This document shows, in pieces, positions 11,301 to 21,650 of a DNA stretch of 64,000 nucleotides. Every line of letters starts with the position of its first letter. Positions within the stretch are counted from its first letter, which is position 1. The stretch comes from Gracilinanus agilis. Lineage: Eukaryota. Made by a program: the position numbers and the translations under genes. The notes under the pieces were generated by a model. That model saw only the letters and a program-made list of their open reading frames with translations. It made no database searches and was not told where the DNA came from. Location: NCBI RefSeq assembly GCF_016433145.1, contig NC_058134.1:292421770-292485769 (forward strand), given 5' to 3'.

Positions 11301-13725
11301 CAATCTAGTTCCGACTCCCAAGTCCTGTGCACTTTTCATTGCATTAAGTGACTTGGCAGCCGAGACGGAACCAAAGATGTAAACTCTTAATCTCCAGAGG
11401 AGAAGAACCGGATCGAATTAATGTTCTTTGTGCCTTCCTGGCATAATGGATGTATGGCTCTGCTAACTTGGAACCAGACTCTCGAACATCTTTTTCTTTT
11501 TATTTGTTTTGTTTATTTATTTGTTTGTTTTTTGGACCCTTAACTTCTGTGTATTGGCTCATAGCCTCTTAGCTGCCTTCTTGAACATCTTTTTTCTGAA
11601 TAAAAAGTTAGAAATAGCCCTAATGGGAACAGGTTGAGATGGATAAACAAGTGGTTTTCAAAAGTAGAAACTTGATATTTGCCTCAGGGATCCTCCACCA
11701 GGCAGGAAGTCCTGGACTTTTTCCTTGGTACCAGTGATCCAAGTTCATCTCCTATCCCTTCTTCCTTATTGATCTACATTAGGGCTATATGTTCTTAGAA
11801 TATGGAAAATGCTTGGCAACTAGATCCCAAATATAGGCAGACAGAAGGTATTGGACTGGATGGCAGCTGAGAAATGGGTGAACCCAGAACTAGTTTAGCA
11901 TCCATAGCTTATGCATTCTGTCAATACGTTGGGCATAAAAAAATTAACTGTCTCCCTTTTAGGTCATACTAACAGATTTTAGGGCTGAGAGCTAGGGAGG
12001 GTAGCACCTTGCCATGGCCCAAATACAGAATGGAACTGCCTCAGGGAGGGATGGTCACAGAAGAAAATCCCGAGACATGGAATCCCTCTTAAGGCTTTGG
12101 TTGAGGGGCTCCCACCCCTCCGGACTTTGCCTCATCCATCCTTGCCTTCCTAGGATTTCCTAATCATGTTTGTGCATCATCTGGCCACCATTGGACTCAT
12201 CACCTTCTCCTATATCAACAACATGGTACGGGTGGGAACACTGGTCATGTGTCTGCATGACTCCTCAGACTTCCTGCTCGAGGTGAGACTCCTGGCTCCT
12301 CTCCTGTTGTGTTTCCTTTCCTGCTTCCCCCCATTCCTGATAGATCTGCTTCTCTCCCACTTCTTTCTTTTTTCCCTCCCCAGGCAGCCAAATTGGCCAA
12401 CTATGCCAAGTATCAGCGGCTTTGTGACACATTTTTTGTGGTATTCAGTGTCATTTTTGTGATCACTCGCCTTGGCATCTATCCATTCTGGTGAGTGCCT
12501 GGGCCCTGGGGCAGTAAACATTCTATTCAGTGGTATCCTGTTGGCAAGCTAAGGGTCAGAATCTGGGAACCCTACTCCTAAGAAACCTCTATCCCCTGCC
12601 AAGTCTGAGCGTGTGTACTATTTTAGGACTTTAGCTGCCTTAAGCAGTGTTGCTTAGGGTTGGGGGCACCCTGGCTTATCTGGTGCTCATAGCCACCCTG
12701 ACTTTTAGCTGACAGAAGCACCCGTTTGGGGAGCAATTTCATCAAGTAAAAAAAAAACTGGAAAAAAAATAGCCCCCGTTTCCCAAGGATTTTTGTTTGT
12801 TTGTTTTGATACTGCCTCCCATGATCTGACTCCTGGCTTTCCTTCTTCAGGGTCCTGAACACAACCTTGTTTGAGAGTTGGGAGATGATTGGACCTTATC
12901 CCTCCTGGTGGCTCTTCAATAGCCTTCTCCTAGTCCTACAGGTTCTCCACATCATCTGGTCCTATCTGATTGCTCGAATTGCCTGCAAGGCCCTGGTTCG
13001 AGGAAAGGTGAGGGCTAGACTGATTCCCTCCTCTCCTCCCTTTTCTATATATTTAGTGAACTTTTTTTACAGATGAGGCAGGGTGTCTGACTTTCTTCCA
13101 AATACCTCCAAATATTTCACTCTCCTTCCTCAAGGGGCCAAGGGGAAGAAAGAGCTGAAGTTCTCCAGATTTTCTGAGGTAGCCTTCCTTTCCCTCCCCT
13201 ACCTCGTGGAATGCATTATTTAGATGTCTTTCATGTCCCAGGGTGACTTACTGAAGTGTTTTGAAGGAAACCTGGAAGAGAATGGGTTTGAGAGATACCT
13301 TCTTGCTATCCTGGGCAAAGTTCCTGTGGCCCTTCTACACACCTGGCTCCTGCTTGACTAAAACAGAAAGGGAGGGAACTTCAAGGAGGCTCCTAACCGA
13401 GTTATTTAAGTTGTGGAGAGGTTAGGCTGAGCGTTACAATTTCCCAGCGCCAGGTTGACATAGAGGAGTGGGACAGAACACGAGAATGAGGTCTTCCATG
13501 AATGCCCCTCATGGCTGCTGCTAGTTCTAGAAGCTGCTCAGTGTCTGTCTTCCTTGCTGCAGCTGTCCAATACCTGTCTTCTCTCCGGCTTCTCTCTCCT
13601 AACCAGGTGACCTAGCCAGGAAGGACTAGACCTCGACTCTCTTCTCCACTCTTTTCTCACCTCCTTCCTTTTCTCTGTGCCAAGTGGGAGCTGGACAGTT
13701 TCATCTCTTGCATGTAAGTGTAACT

Positions 13726-13763
<38 letters not shown>

Positions 13764-14761
13764 TCGGTGGGCCTTGTCTGTGTGTCTTCCTTTTCCCTTT
13801 GTCCTTCTGTCTTCTCTGAGGGCTCATCCTCCCTGGGCACTCTGGGCACTGCTGAATAGAATGGAAGCCCCGCTGGGAGGCACACGCCTTCCTTTGCCTG
13901 TGCTGGGGCCAGCTTGCCCCCTGGTGGAGATTTCTTGATGATAAACATCCAAGCCAGATTCAGTTTTCTACAGATTATTACAGCTCATTCCCCAATTTAC
14001 AGTGACAAACCTGGATTTCCAAGAATCATGGGAGCTCATATAGAATGGAAAGGCTGACAAGAGTGCTTTCCTCCAGTGAGCCTGAGCATTGGAGCTCCAA
14101 TGACTTGCCCAAAGCTAGCTGGCTGAAGGGCCAGGAGTGGTTTAGGTCAGGCTCACTCTAAGTCCGTTTCTGTTATGCTCTGCATCATGGCAGACCTGGA
14201 AGCAGACCTGAGCCCAGGGATTGGGGAAGGTAAGCCGCTTCAAGCTGAGGCCAGAGAAAGCACAGTCTCCTGGATACGGCCTGGCTTGGGAGACCCAAAC
14301 AGCTAGCTTGGGGGGAATTCCGAGAGGAAGAGGGGGTTGAGCAGGGTCAAGTGCCTCCTGTTACTGCTGATAAGACCCATGTTTTCCAAGTGGTTAGGGC
14401 TTACCCCTGGCGTCTGGGAGCAGAAGAGGAAGCCTGGATCTTCCTCAAGACTTTCCTCTCTGGGAATTTAGCTGTTTTCTGGAAAGATGCAGAGACAGAT
14501 GGAAGTTGGACCTGAAATGAGGGACTAAGAAACCAGAGACTACTTGGCAGGGAGCATGGACTCTGGCAGCTCTGGTCTCACTATTATTCCTTGGCCCCTG
14601 CTACGTAGGTATCAAAGGATGACCGAAGTGACGTGGAAAGCAGCTCAGAAGAGGAAGATGTGCCCACTGGCAACAAGAAGCATCCATATGATGGCAATTC
14701 CAGTAATGGGGCCAACCAAATCAATGGTCACCTGAGAAACAATTGCTGGGCACAAGAGTAG
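8224..14761 (+). CDS. CERS5: Ceramide synthase 5, spliced CDS exons 2-10 (5'-partial): 8224-8329, 8700-8830, 9504-9561, 10307-10357, 10659-10751, 12154-12282, 12384-12490, 12851-13007, 14609-14761
   Basis: Joined translation FIAKPCA...[11 protein letters not shown] (Hox-like)...[11 protein letters not shown]...[11 protein letters not shown] (Lag1p/TLC)...[17 protein letters not shown]; all introns GT-AG with matching phases; synteny with COX14/GPD1. Confidence 0.97.
8700..8830 (+). CDS. CERS5: CERS5 exon 3 (131 nt), Hox-like domain
   Basis: ctgcag|TGT...AGC AT|gtaggt; [43 protein letters not shown]. Confidence 0.96.
9504..9561 (+). CDS. CERS5: CERS5 exon 4 (58 nt)
   Basis: cctag|G TGG AGG...TGG TCG|gtgagt; [19 protein letters not shown]. 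Confidence 0.95.
9737..9935 (+). mobile_element. Degenerate hAT-Charlie MITE (Charlie4z-like)
   Basis: ggagttctgaac...gaccccttctcagaa...gttggaactc resembles a remembered consensus. Confidence 0.45.
10307..10357 (+). CDS. CERS5: CERS5 exon 5 (51 nt)
   Basis: ctcag|TCA...TAC CAG|gtaaga; [17 protein letters not shown]. Confidence 0.95.
10659..10751 (+). CDS. CERS5: CERS5 exon 6 (93 nt)
   Basis: cctag|CCT...CGA AAG|gtaaga; [31 protein letters not shown]. Confidence 0.96.
11498..11560 (-). mobile_element. Short 3' fragment of SINE1 with T-rich tail
   Basis: acccttaacttctgtgtattggctc after a T-rich run; flanked by duplicated gaacatcttttt (11486, 11583). Confidence 0.5.
12154..12282 (+). CDS. CERS5: CERS5 exon 7 (129 nt), Lag1p motif
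   Basis: cctag|GAT...CTC GAG|gtgaga; [43 protein letters not shown]. Confidence 0.97.
12384..12490 (+). CDS. CERS5: CERS5 exon 8 (107 nt)
   Basis: cccag|GCA...TTC TG|gtgagt; [35 protein letters not shown]. Confidence 0.96.
12851..13007 (+). CDS. CERS5: CERS5 exon 9 (157 nt)
   Basis: ttcag|G GTC...GGA AAG|gtgagg; [52 protein letters not shown]. Confidence 0.96.
13607..13713 (+). other. CERS5: Candidate CERS5 cassette exon (107 nt) in intron 9 with in-frame TAG at 13613-13615
   Basis: Acceptor cttctctctcctaaccag|GTG after a long pyrimidine tract; donor CAT|gtaagt; reads [34 protein letters not shown] in the exon-9 frame. Confidence 0.65.
13731..13760 (+). repeat. (TGC)10 / CTG trinucleotide repeat
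   Basis: 30 nt of perfect tgc units starting 18 nt after the cassette-exon donor. Confidence 0.95.
14609..14761 (+). CDS. CERS5: CERS5 exon 10 coding part, ending at TAG
   Basis: cgtag|GTA TCA AAG GAT GAC; [50 protein letters not shown]. Confidence 0.96.
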   Translation, partial: VSKDDRSDVESSSEEEDVPTGNKKHPYDGNSSNGANQINGHLRNNCWAQE

Positions 14762-14969
14762 GGCAGGCTGACACGGAGGCCCGAGGACACGTGAACTTTC
14801 AGGGTCACTGGCAGCCTGCTCCCCGTGTCCTGTTTTCCCACTCATAGCCCCACTCTTGGGTAACAGACCCACCAGGCACTGAGGAAAAATCATGAAGCAA
14901 ACATTTTCACTTTTTTAAAAACTCTGCCATTTTGTATTTAATAACTTCCTCGTCCATAATGTTATTTGC

Positions 14970-15035
14970 CGTGTGCATATGTGTGTGCGTGTGTATGTGT
15001 GCGCGTGCTTTTTGTGTGTGTATATACATCATGTG
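14970..15035 (+). repeat. Imperfect (TG)n tract in CERS5 3'UTR
   Basis: gtgtgcatatgtgtgtgcgtgtgtatgtgtgcgcgtg...gtgtgtgtatat. Confidence 0.8.
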
Positions 15036-15476
15036 TGGTTTGGTGGGTTGGGGCACAATTCTGGACTGGACTTCTGAGCTCTGCCTTGCCCCTTCACCCC
15101 CAATTTCAAGTCTGGCTGCATTCCTAGATCATGTTGACTTGGCCTGGACAAGCACTCCCACCTTCATTGCTGCTTATGGCTCCGGCCGCTTGGACTTTCT
15201 GAATAGAGCAGCCAAGCTCAGCCCATTTTCTGCACTGAAGCTGATGACAGTTCTGTTGGGACAAAAGAACTCTAGATGGATGGCCAGAGTGTGCCGTGGC
15301 CTTTGGCTGGACTCTATGTCTACCAACCTCTTTCTTCCCCCTCCCCAGCAGCAACAGCACCTGCTGATATCCTGCTCATTACTCAATGGTACTTGGGGGT
15401 GGGCTGATGTTGGGGGAGAGCAGCAGCCACGGGGGCAGTTGTTACCATTTTATATCATTGTTTACTCTTTTCTGTG

Positions 15477-15519
15477 ATTAAAAGTGCTTCAGCCCTCCTC
15501 TGGTGTCCTGGCTATTAAA
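15477..15519 (+). terminator. Tandem ATTAAA polyadenylation signals of CERS5 (15477-15482, 15514-15519)
   Basis: Two ATTAAA hexamers about 0.72-0.76 kb after the stop codon. Confidence 0.6.
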
Positions 15520-15944
15520 GTGACTATCCCTAGCTAGCCTACTGGATCATAAAGATAATGGCCGAGTTGTGATTAAAACCAGGCCCTCTACATCCAAACC
15601 CATCACTCCTCTCTACTATTTCATACTATGGGTTGGGTTCCCCATCACAGGAGTTTTTATGAGCCTTCTCAACTTTAAAGGAATTCTTATTTCAAGATCA
15701 GGCTGGACTATATGCCCTCTGAAGCTTCAACTGTTGTGGTACCATATAAAAATACTATCACAAAAGAAGAGGAGCCAAAGTGAAGCTATCCAGATTGCTG
15801 AGGTTTATGGTCCTGAGTTGTTGAAAGCAAGCAATTTATCCTTCAGAACTATGTAATTCTTGCCTATTTTGAGGAAGGGGATTTTAATATGAAAGTCTGC
15901 TGAATCTCAAGGAATTATATCTTTTACATATAGGGTTATCAAGC

Positions 15945-15945
15945 C

Positions 15946-16020
<75 letters not shown>

Positions 16021-16025
16021 TATAT
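15945..16025. repeat. Compound (TA)n(TG)n(TA)n(CA)n microsatellite
   Basis: 81 bp of uninterrupted pyrimidine-purine alternation. Confidence 0.95.
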
Positions 16026-16026
16026 T

Positions 16027-16180
16027 GCTTCCAAGGCAGAAGGAGTAAGGGTAAGTCAACTGGATTTAAGTGACTTGCCCAAGGTCATGGTGCTAGAAAG
16101 TGTTGAGTCCAGACTTGAAACTAGGACTTCCTATCTCTAGGCCTGGTTTTCTCTTCACTGAACCATTTGGCTGCTCCTCA
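16027..16180 (-). mobile_element. Marsupial SINE1/core-SINE copy
   Basis: ttccaaggcagaaggag...gtgacttgcccaaggtc...ctctaggcctgg. Confidence 0.7.
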
Positions 16181-16865
16181 ATCTCTCCTTGAGGATAATC
16201 TTTTAGCCTTACTGAGGATAACTGAATCAGGTTTGCTTTTGAGTACAGCTATTTGAAAAAAAAAGCATAAAATGCTAATATATTCAGTGAGTACAGTATC
16301 AGTCAGACTATAGAGTAATGTGTTCAGTTCTGGGTCCTATTAATGACGCCAACAATGAGTACCAAATTGAGGGGTCTGGAAACCCTAAGGATCAATAGAA
16401 GAAACTGAAATTTAGGCAAAAGAGACTTGGGAAGTAAGAAAGCATACTAGCTCTTTTTCACATGAAAGGATTAAGATTTAGGAGAAAGGGAGGCAAATTT
16501 TGTTTCATATAAGAATTTCCTAGTATTTTAGAGCAGTCTGATGATGGATTGGGCGGCTTAGCCAAGTTCCCAAGGACTGAAGGACCATAGAAGACAGATG
16601 ACATCTGTTAGGGATATTATAAAATGACTAATGCTTTGGGTAGAGGCATGAATAAGTGATCCTTCCAATCACTTTCTGCTCTAGCTATCCATGAAAAACA
16701 AACCCCACCCAAATTTCACAGGTACCAGCCCAAGTATTCAAACACAGGGGAGGAGAGGCTGACTGGGGCACTGAGCTCTAATCTCTGTGACTTCTGCCCT
16801 GATCAAACAGAATAATCCCCACCTCGAGTAAACAAATAACTATGAGTCTGAAATTGCAAACCATA

Positions 16866-16871
16866 TTTAAT
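16866..16871 (-). terminator. ATTAAA polyadenylation signal of COX14
   Basis: tttaat on + strand, about 190 nt past the COX14 stop. Confidence 0.55.
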
Positions 16872-17059
16872 GCCTTTCAACAATCCTTCACTGTCACTCC
16901 TCTGCTGTGATCCATCACAGAGCATGTGAATACATTGCTCTGATCAAAGATGGAAGCCACAGAGACTCCAAGACAGGGCTAGTAACCACCCTTCCTTGCA
17001 AATAATTAATTCAAGTGTTCTGCAGAATGCCTCAGGCCTCTGTATATAGGAGGATATCT

Positions 17060-17239
17060 TCAGTCCTGCAGACCACTTTGAGTCTTTTGTTCTTCAGCTG
17101 CCTGCCGTAGGACACCTCGATGCTGAAAGTAGCGATAGGCCCGGGCACTGCACAGGAAGCCACCATACACAGTGAGCAACATCATGGAGGCAGAAAAGGC
17201 TTTATAACCAAAGTCAGCCAGTTGTTTGGATGATGGCAT
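17060..17239 (-). CDS. COX14: Cytochrome c oxidase assembly factor COX14 (59 aa, single coding exon; acceptor at 17248/17247)
   Basis: [59 protein letters not shown] resembles human MPTGKQLADIGYK...RQAAEEQK; ttttctttgcag|gttacaaaATG; synteny. Confidence 0.95.
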   Translation of the reverse strand: MPSSKQLADFGYKAFSASMMLLTVYGGFLCSARAYRYFQHRGVLRQAAEEQKTQSGLQD

Positions 17240-17820
17240 TTTGTAACCTGCAAAGAAAATGGACTCAGATCCAAACCCTTGAATGCGATACACATATTTC
17301 CAAGTGCTTACCTTTCTAGTCAGAACCAGCCATCCCAGCAATATACAATATATTTCCTGCATAAAAAGGCTTAGGTGGGTATGAGGTAGTGAAGACAAAG
17401 CCTTCCTTTTGGAAATTCCCAGGACAAAGAAGCACACAGGATAGAGAAAAAAAACGGAATGAGCAAGAACTAAATTAGGAGCAAGTTGACAATTATTATT
17501 TATGTTGACAAAGCAAGATTGAATTCAAAAATTGTTTCACTTGGTTTGTAGAACATGATCTATTTTTTTATTTGTAGCAGATTAACCTTAATTTTGTTTC
17601 ACTAAGGCTAATAATTAAATCTGCATGTCTTGAACTCATGATAACAAGATCAAGTGGTCAGTAGAAGGTAGGTATAAAAGATTAAGCCCTGACTATTAGT
17701 CATATAAAGGGCCCAAAGTGTCTTACACATAGAACATGATCAATAAATGCTTTATAACATGAATTGTAATCTTTCAACTAGATGACCCTTGTAACACTTT
17801 CTTTAGGAAAAGATATTCCA

Positions 17821-18314
17821 TACTATTGTGCTGTAAGGATTGATGATCTGGAGGACTTCTTTATGAACTGGAAGAACCTCCAGGAATCTGATGCAAAGTG
17901 AAGTGAGCAGAACCAGAAGAACATTGTACACAGAAAGTAAAACACTGTTGAAAAATCTAATGTAATAGATCTTGCTACTAGTAGCAATGCAACAAGCCAG
18001 GACACTCCTGAAGGACTTACATGAAAAAATGCTATTCACATTGAGAGAAGGAACTATGGGAGTAGAAATGCAAAAGCCAAACACATGACATCACTTATCA
18101 CATGTACATATGGGGATGTGGTTGGGATTTAGGTTTTAAAAAATCACTCTATAGCAAAAATGAATATGGAAATATCAAATGACAATATTTGTACAACCCA
18201 GTTGTACTTGTTGGCTCTGGGAGCGAGGAGGGAAAGAACATAAATCAGAAACATGGAAAAAATATTTTAAAATAAAAGTACAGGCAAAACATTAAAAAAA
18301 AAAAAAAAAAAAAA
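17821..18314 (+). mobile_element. 5'-truncated L1 with polyA and 16-bp TSD aggaaaagatattcca (17805-17820, 18315-18330)
   Basis: L1 ORF2 end and 3'UTR (ctgatgcaaagtgaagtgagcagaacc), aataaa, A-tail and exact TSD. Confidence 0.88.
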
Positions 18315-19849
18315 AGGAAAAGATATTCCAGCTTCTAATACAAGTCTCTGGAACATCTCTACAAGATTTAGGTTTCTAGCCTGAGCCCTCTTTATAAAGG
18401 TGCTGTCTTGGAGATCTCATTGGCTTCAACAAGTGTCTCTCCATTTCAGCTGCTTTTCAAAACTCTAGAAGTAGCCATAATCTTTCTCTTCACTTGGGAC
18501 ATACGTCATCAACTGTCTGCTGGAGCTGCCACACAAGGTCGGTAGCGCCAAAATTGATCTCATTATCCTCTCTTCTTCCCTACCCCCTAGTGGACTCCCT
18601 ATTTCCCATGAGAATATCATCACTCTTAATCAACTCAGGTTCACAAACTGAGTCTGCTCTGAGATGCCCAGGATACTTGACTGACAAAGGAGCTCCTCAA
18701 TGGGTTCTCTCTGATAATGTAGATATCAACTATGCACAGATTATCCTATAAGACCCTGGTCTAGTTCCAGTACATTATCTGTACTGAGGTGGCAGCAACA
18801 ACAATGGTTATGATATATTCCACATGCCAAGAGCTTCCTATAATTCTTGTCATTATGTATATCCTCATTGACTAATTATCTTCATGCCATGCTGTCTGCC
18901 CCACCTTTTCTAGTCAACCATCTTTGAAGGATCTGTTTAATACCACCTTATCCATGCAATCCAGAGATGTGATAACAGCTCTGGTAACAATGGGAAAAAA
19001 ATGAGTTTTTTTTCCAGATAGCTGCTATAAAAGAAGAGGGAAGAAGAAGAAAGAAATGAAAAGCAATGGGTCTTCCATATTTTGTATTTAGCTTAGCTCA
19101 TGAGACACAATTCTTTCTTTTTCTTTGGGGCAGGTAACACCCTTCAAGTCACTGTAAAGCTCTTTGTTGGATAAAAATTTCTTTCTGAAATCAATCAATT
19201 AGAACTTGTGAACAAGTCAATGTATCTCCTTGAATCAAAGGCAGTGGGCGAGGGACTCTGTAAAAATCTAGACACTGAATTTTGGAGCAATGAAGCAGTT
19301 TTCAAACCCAGAAAAGCTCAGAGAATCAGCAGGAAAAGGTCTGTCTCCATGGGGTAAGGGGGAAGTACAATCCTGAGCAAGGGAAGGCCCAGCCCCCACA
19401 GCAGAGAAGACTCAACCCAAAGCAAGCAAGCAAGCTAGGAGCAGGCTGGGCAGAACGGGAAGGGGTGGGGGTGGCAGATAGGCCTCAACAGGACACTGGT
19501 ATACAGTGCCCCCTCCCCTTCCTGGGCAGCTGGATTCCTTCCTAGACATTTATTAAACACTATGTGCCAGGCACTGTGCTAGCCAGTGGGGACAAAAAGT
19601 TTAATAAAACCTACTCTGGAGGACTCTGCACAAGAGACAAGGGACTAGAGAATGGGCCAAGAAGCCACAAAAGATCTATGCTCAAGGGCCCCTCTGACTT
19701 GTGACCCTGGGCAAGTCACTTGGCTCTCAGCACTCTTGGAATTCTCTTAATATTTTTAATGGCAGCGAAGACATCAGAGACATTAGAGAGTTCCCTAGAC
19801 CAATGAAATTGTACATTTAGTTCTTATTCCTAAACAACAAAAATAAAGA

Positions 19850-20440
19850 GAAAGGCAGTCAGTTAATAAGGAAAGCCACTCTTGGTTAGAATGTGAGCAA
19901 TTCTGGTAGAGGTCAGGGAGGGAGGGCCTTCCAGGCATGGGACAGCTAGGACAGAGACAGAGATGGGTCCTGCTTGGAACAGAGAAGAGCAAGTGGCTGG
20001 ATCACAGTGTGCATAAAGAAGAGCAAGGCCCAGCACAGGAGGAAAGATAAGTTAGACACAATGTGAAGGACTTTAAAAGTCATCCAGAGCTCATATTTTA
20101 TCTTAGCAGCACTCGTGATCGTTCAGGCTCTGCAGCAGTGTGACAGGGGAGAGATTTGGGGCAGGGAGAGAGACTGGGTGCGAGAAGATGAGGAAGGGCC
20201 TAAAGGAAGGTGAGAACTGTGCAAAGACAGAGGTGGTCAGATGGGAGAGAGTCACAGACTTAGCCACTGAATGGTTATGTGGGGTGAGGAAGAGGGAGGA
20301 CTTGAGGATAATGTCAAAGTTACAAATTGAAGGCAGAGGGTAGGTAAACAGTGTCAAATGCAGCAGAGGTCAAGAAGGATGAGAACTGAGAAAAAAGGCC
20401 ACTATATTTGTCAGCAATGATCTCTCTGGAACAGTTTTGG
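19850..20440 (-). mobile_element. L2 LINE fragment (boundaries approximate)
   Basis: Purine-rich antisense L2 signature (gcagcagaggtcaagaaggatgagaactgagaaaa). Confidence 0.6.
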
Positions 20441-21246
20441 CTCTCCCACCCTCCAAATCTTAGCAGTAGCTAAATCTGGCCTTCCCTATGTCCCAACATC
20501 TACCTCCAAATAGCAAAGATTTACAGTTTTCATAAGGCAAGGACTTTAAAAGGTGTGTTCTCTTTAATTTTTTTTCTTTGTCTATCTCTAGTACCTTACA
20601 AATAATATACATATACCCATATGTCTGTTGAAATGAATTTAAGATGGGGAAGAGTTTAATACATTTATGTATTCAATGCATACATTTTATAAATATATGT
20701 AATACATTTATGTAAGCACATAATGCATTAATACATTAGGTGCCCTAAGGGCTAAAGATCCTGGGTTGAGGATGAACAAACCCAGCAATGGGCTGATAAG
20801 CAAGAGTAGGATCAACAGAGCTGGAATCCTCAGTTCCCTTCTCTACCAACTGTGCTGAGCCCTGCCACCAATTAAAAAAAGGGAATAAGTTCTGAAAAAG
20901 GAACAAATTATTCATTCAATTTGATACTTATTAAGCCTGGTAAGCCAATTTTTAAAAAATTAACAATAATAATGATAACCAGCAGGTCAAGTATCTTTCA
21001 GAGGTGAATTTCTAGCCAAGGAAGAGACAGAGATGATTTGAAAAATCAGTTTTTACATGGACAAAAATTAATGCAACTAGGACAAGAAGGGTACCACTGA
21101 ATGGAGGAAAAACCTTTGTTTCCAGTATCTCTGTTAAGGTTCTGATATACGAGAAATACAAGCAACAGAAAAAGATTTGACAAGTTATTCCCTCAGAGAT
21201 AAAAGGTCAAAGGATATGAACAAACTCTTCTCAAAAGTCTATTAGT

Positions 21247-21439
21247 TGGGGGCAGCTGGGTAGCTCAGTGGATTGAGAGCCAAGCCTAGAGACAGGAGGT
21301 CCTAGGTTCAAATCCGGCCTCAGACACTTCCCAGCTGTGTGACCCTGGGCAAGTCACTTGACCCCCATTGCCTACCCTTGCCAATCTTCCACCTATAAAT
21401 CAATACACTAAAAAGTTAAGGGTTTAAAATTTAAAAAAA
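21247..21439 (+). mobile_element. Young SINE1_Mdo-type SINE with 14-bp TSD aaaagtctattagt (21233-21246, 21440-21453)
   Basis: ggggcagctgggtagctcagtggattgagagcc...ggttcaaatcc (Pol III A/B boxes)...aagttaagggtttaaaa. Confidence 0.92.
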
Positions 21440-21454
21440 AAAAGTCTATTAGTA

Positions 21455-21650
21455 GAGGGAGGAAGAGCTAGGTGGATTGAGAACCAGGCCTGGAGAGGGA
21501 AGGTCTTGGGTTCAAATCTGATCTCAAATATTTCCTCACTGTGTGAATGAGCAAGTCACTCATCTCCATTGCCTAGCCCTGACTATTCTTCTGCCAGGGA
21601 ACCAATATACAGTATTGATTCTAAGACAGAAGGTATGGGTTAAAAAAAAA
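21455..21650 (+). mobile_element. Older SINE1-family copy directly downstream
   Basis: gctaggtggattgagaaccaggcc...ggttcaaatc...caagtcact...aatatacagtattgattctaagac. Confidence 0.75.

Noticed and set aside
13538-13948. 136-aa antisense ORF with polyQ
   Set aside because: The polyQ is just the reverse of the CTG repeat; no domain, promoter or splice support; it overlaps the cassette exon on the other strand
14932-15477. 181-aa ORF on + strand
   Set aside because: Lies in the CERS5 3'UTR, starts at a TTG and includes TG-repeat translation; no recognisable protein
17240-17437. N-terminal extension of COX14 in the 125-aa ORF
   Set aside because: Upstream of the acceptor at 17248, so intronic; the homologous start is MPSSKQ
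21247-21330. tRNA-like head with Pol III A/B boxes
   Set aside because: It is the SINE 5' region, not a tRNA gene; no cloverleaf or acceptor stem
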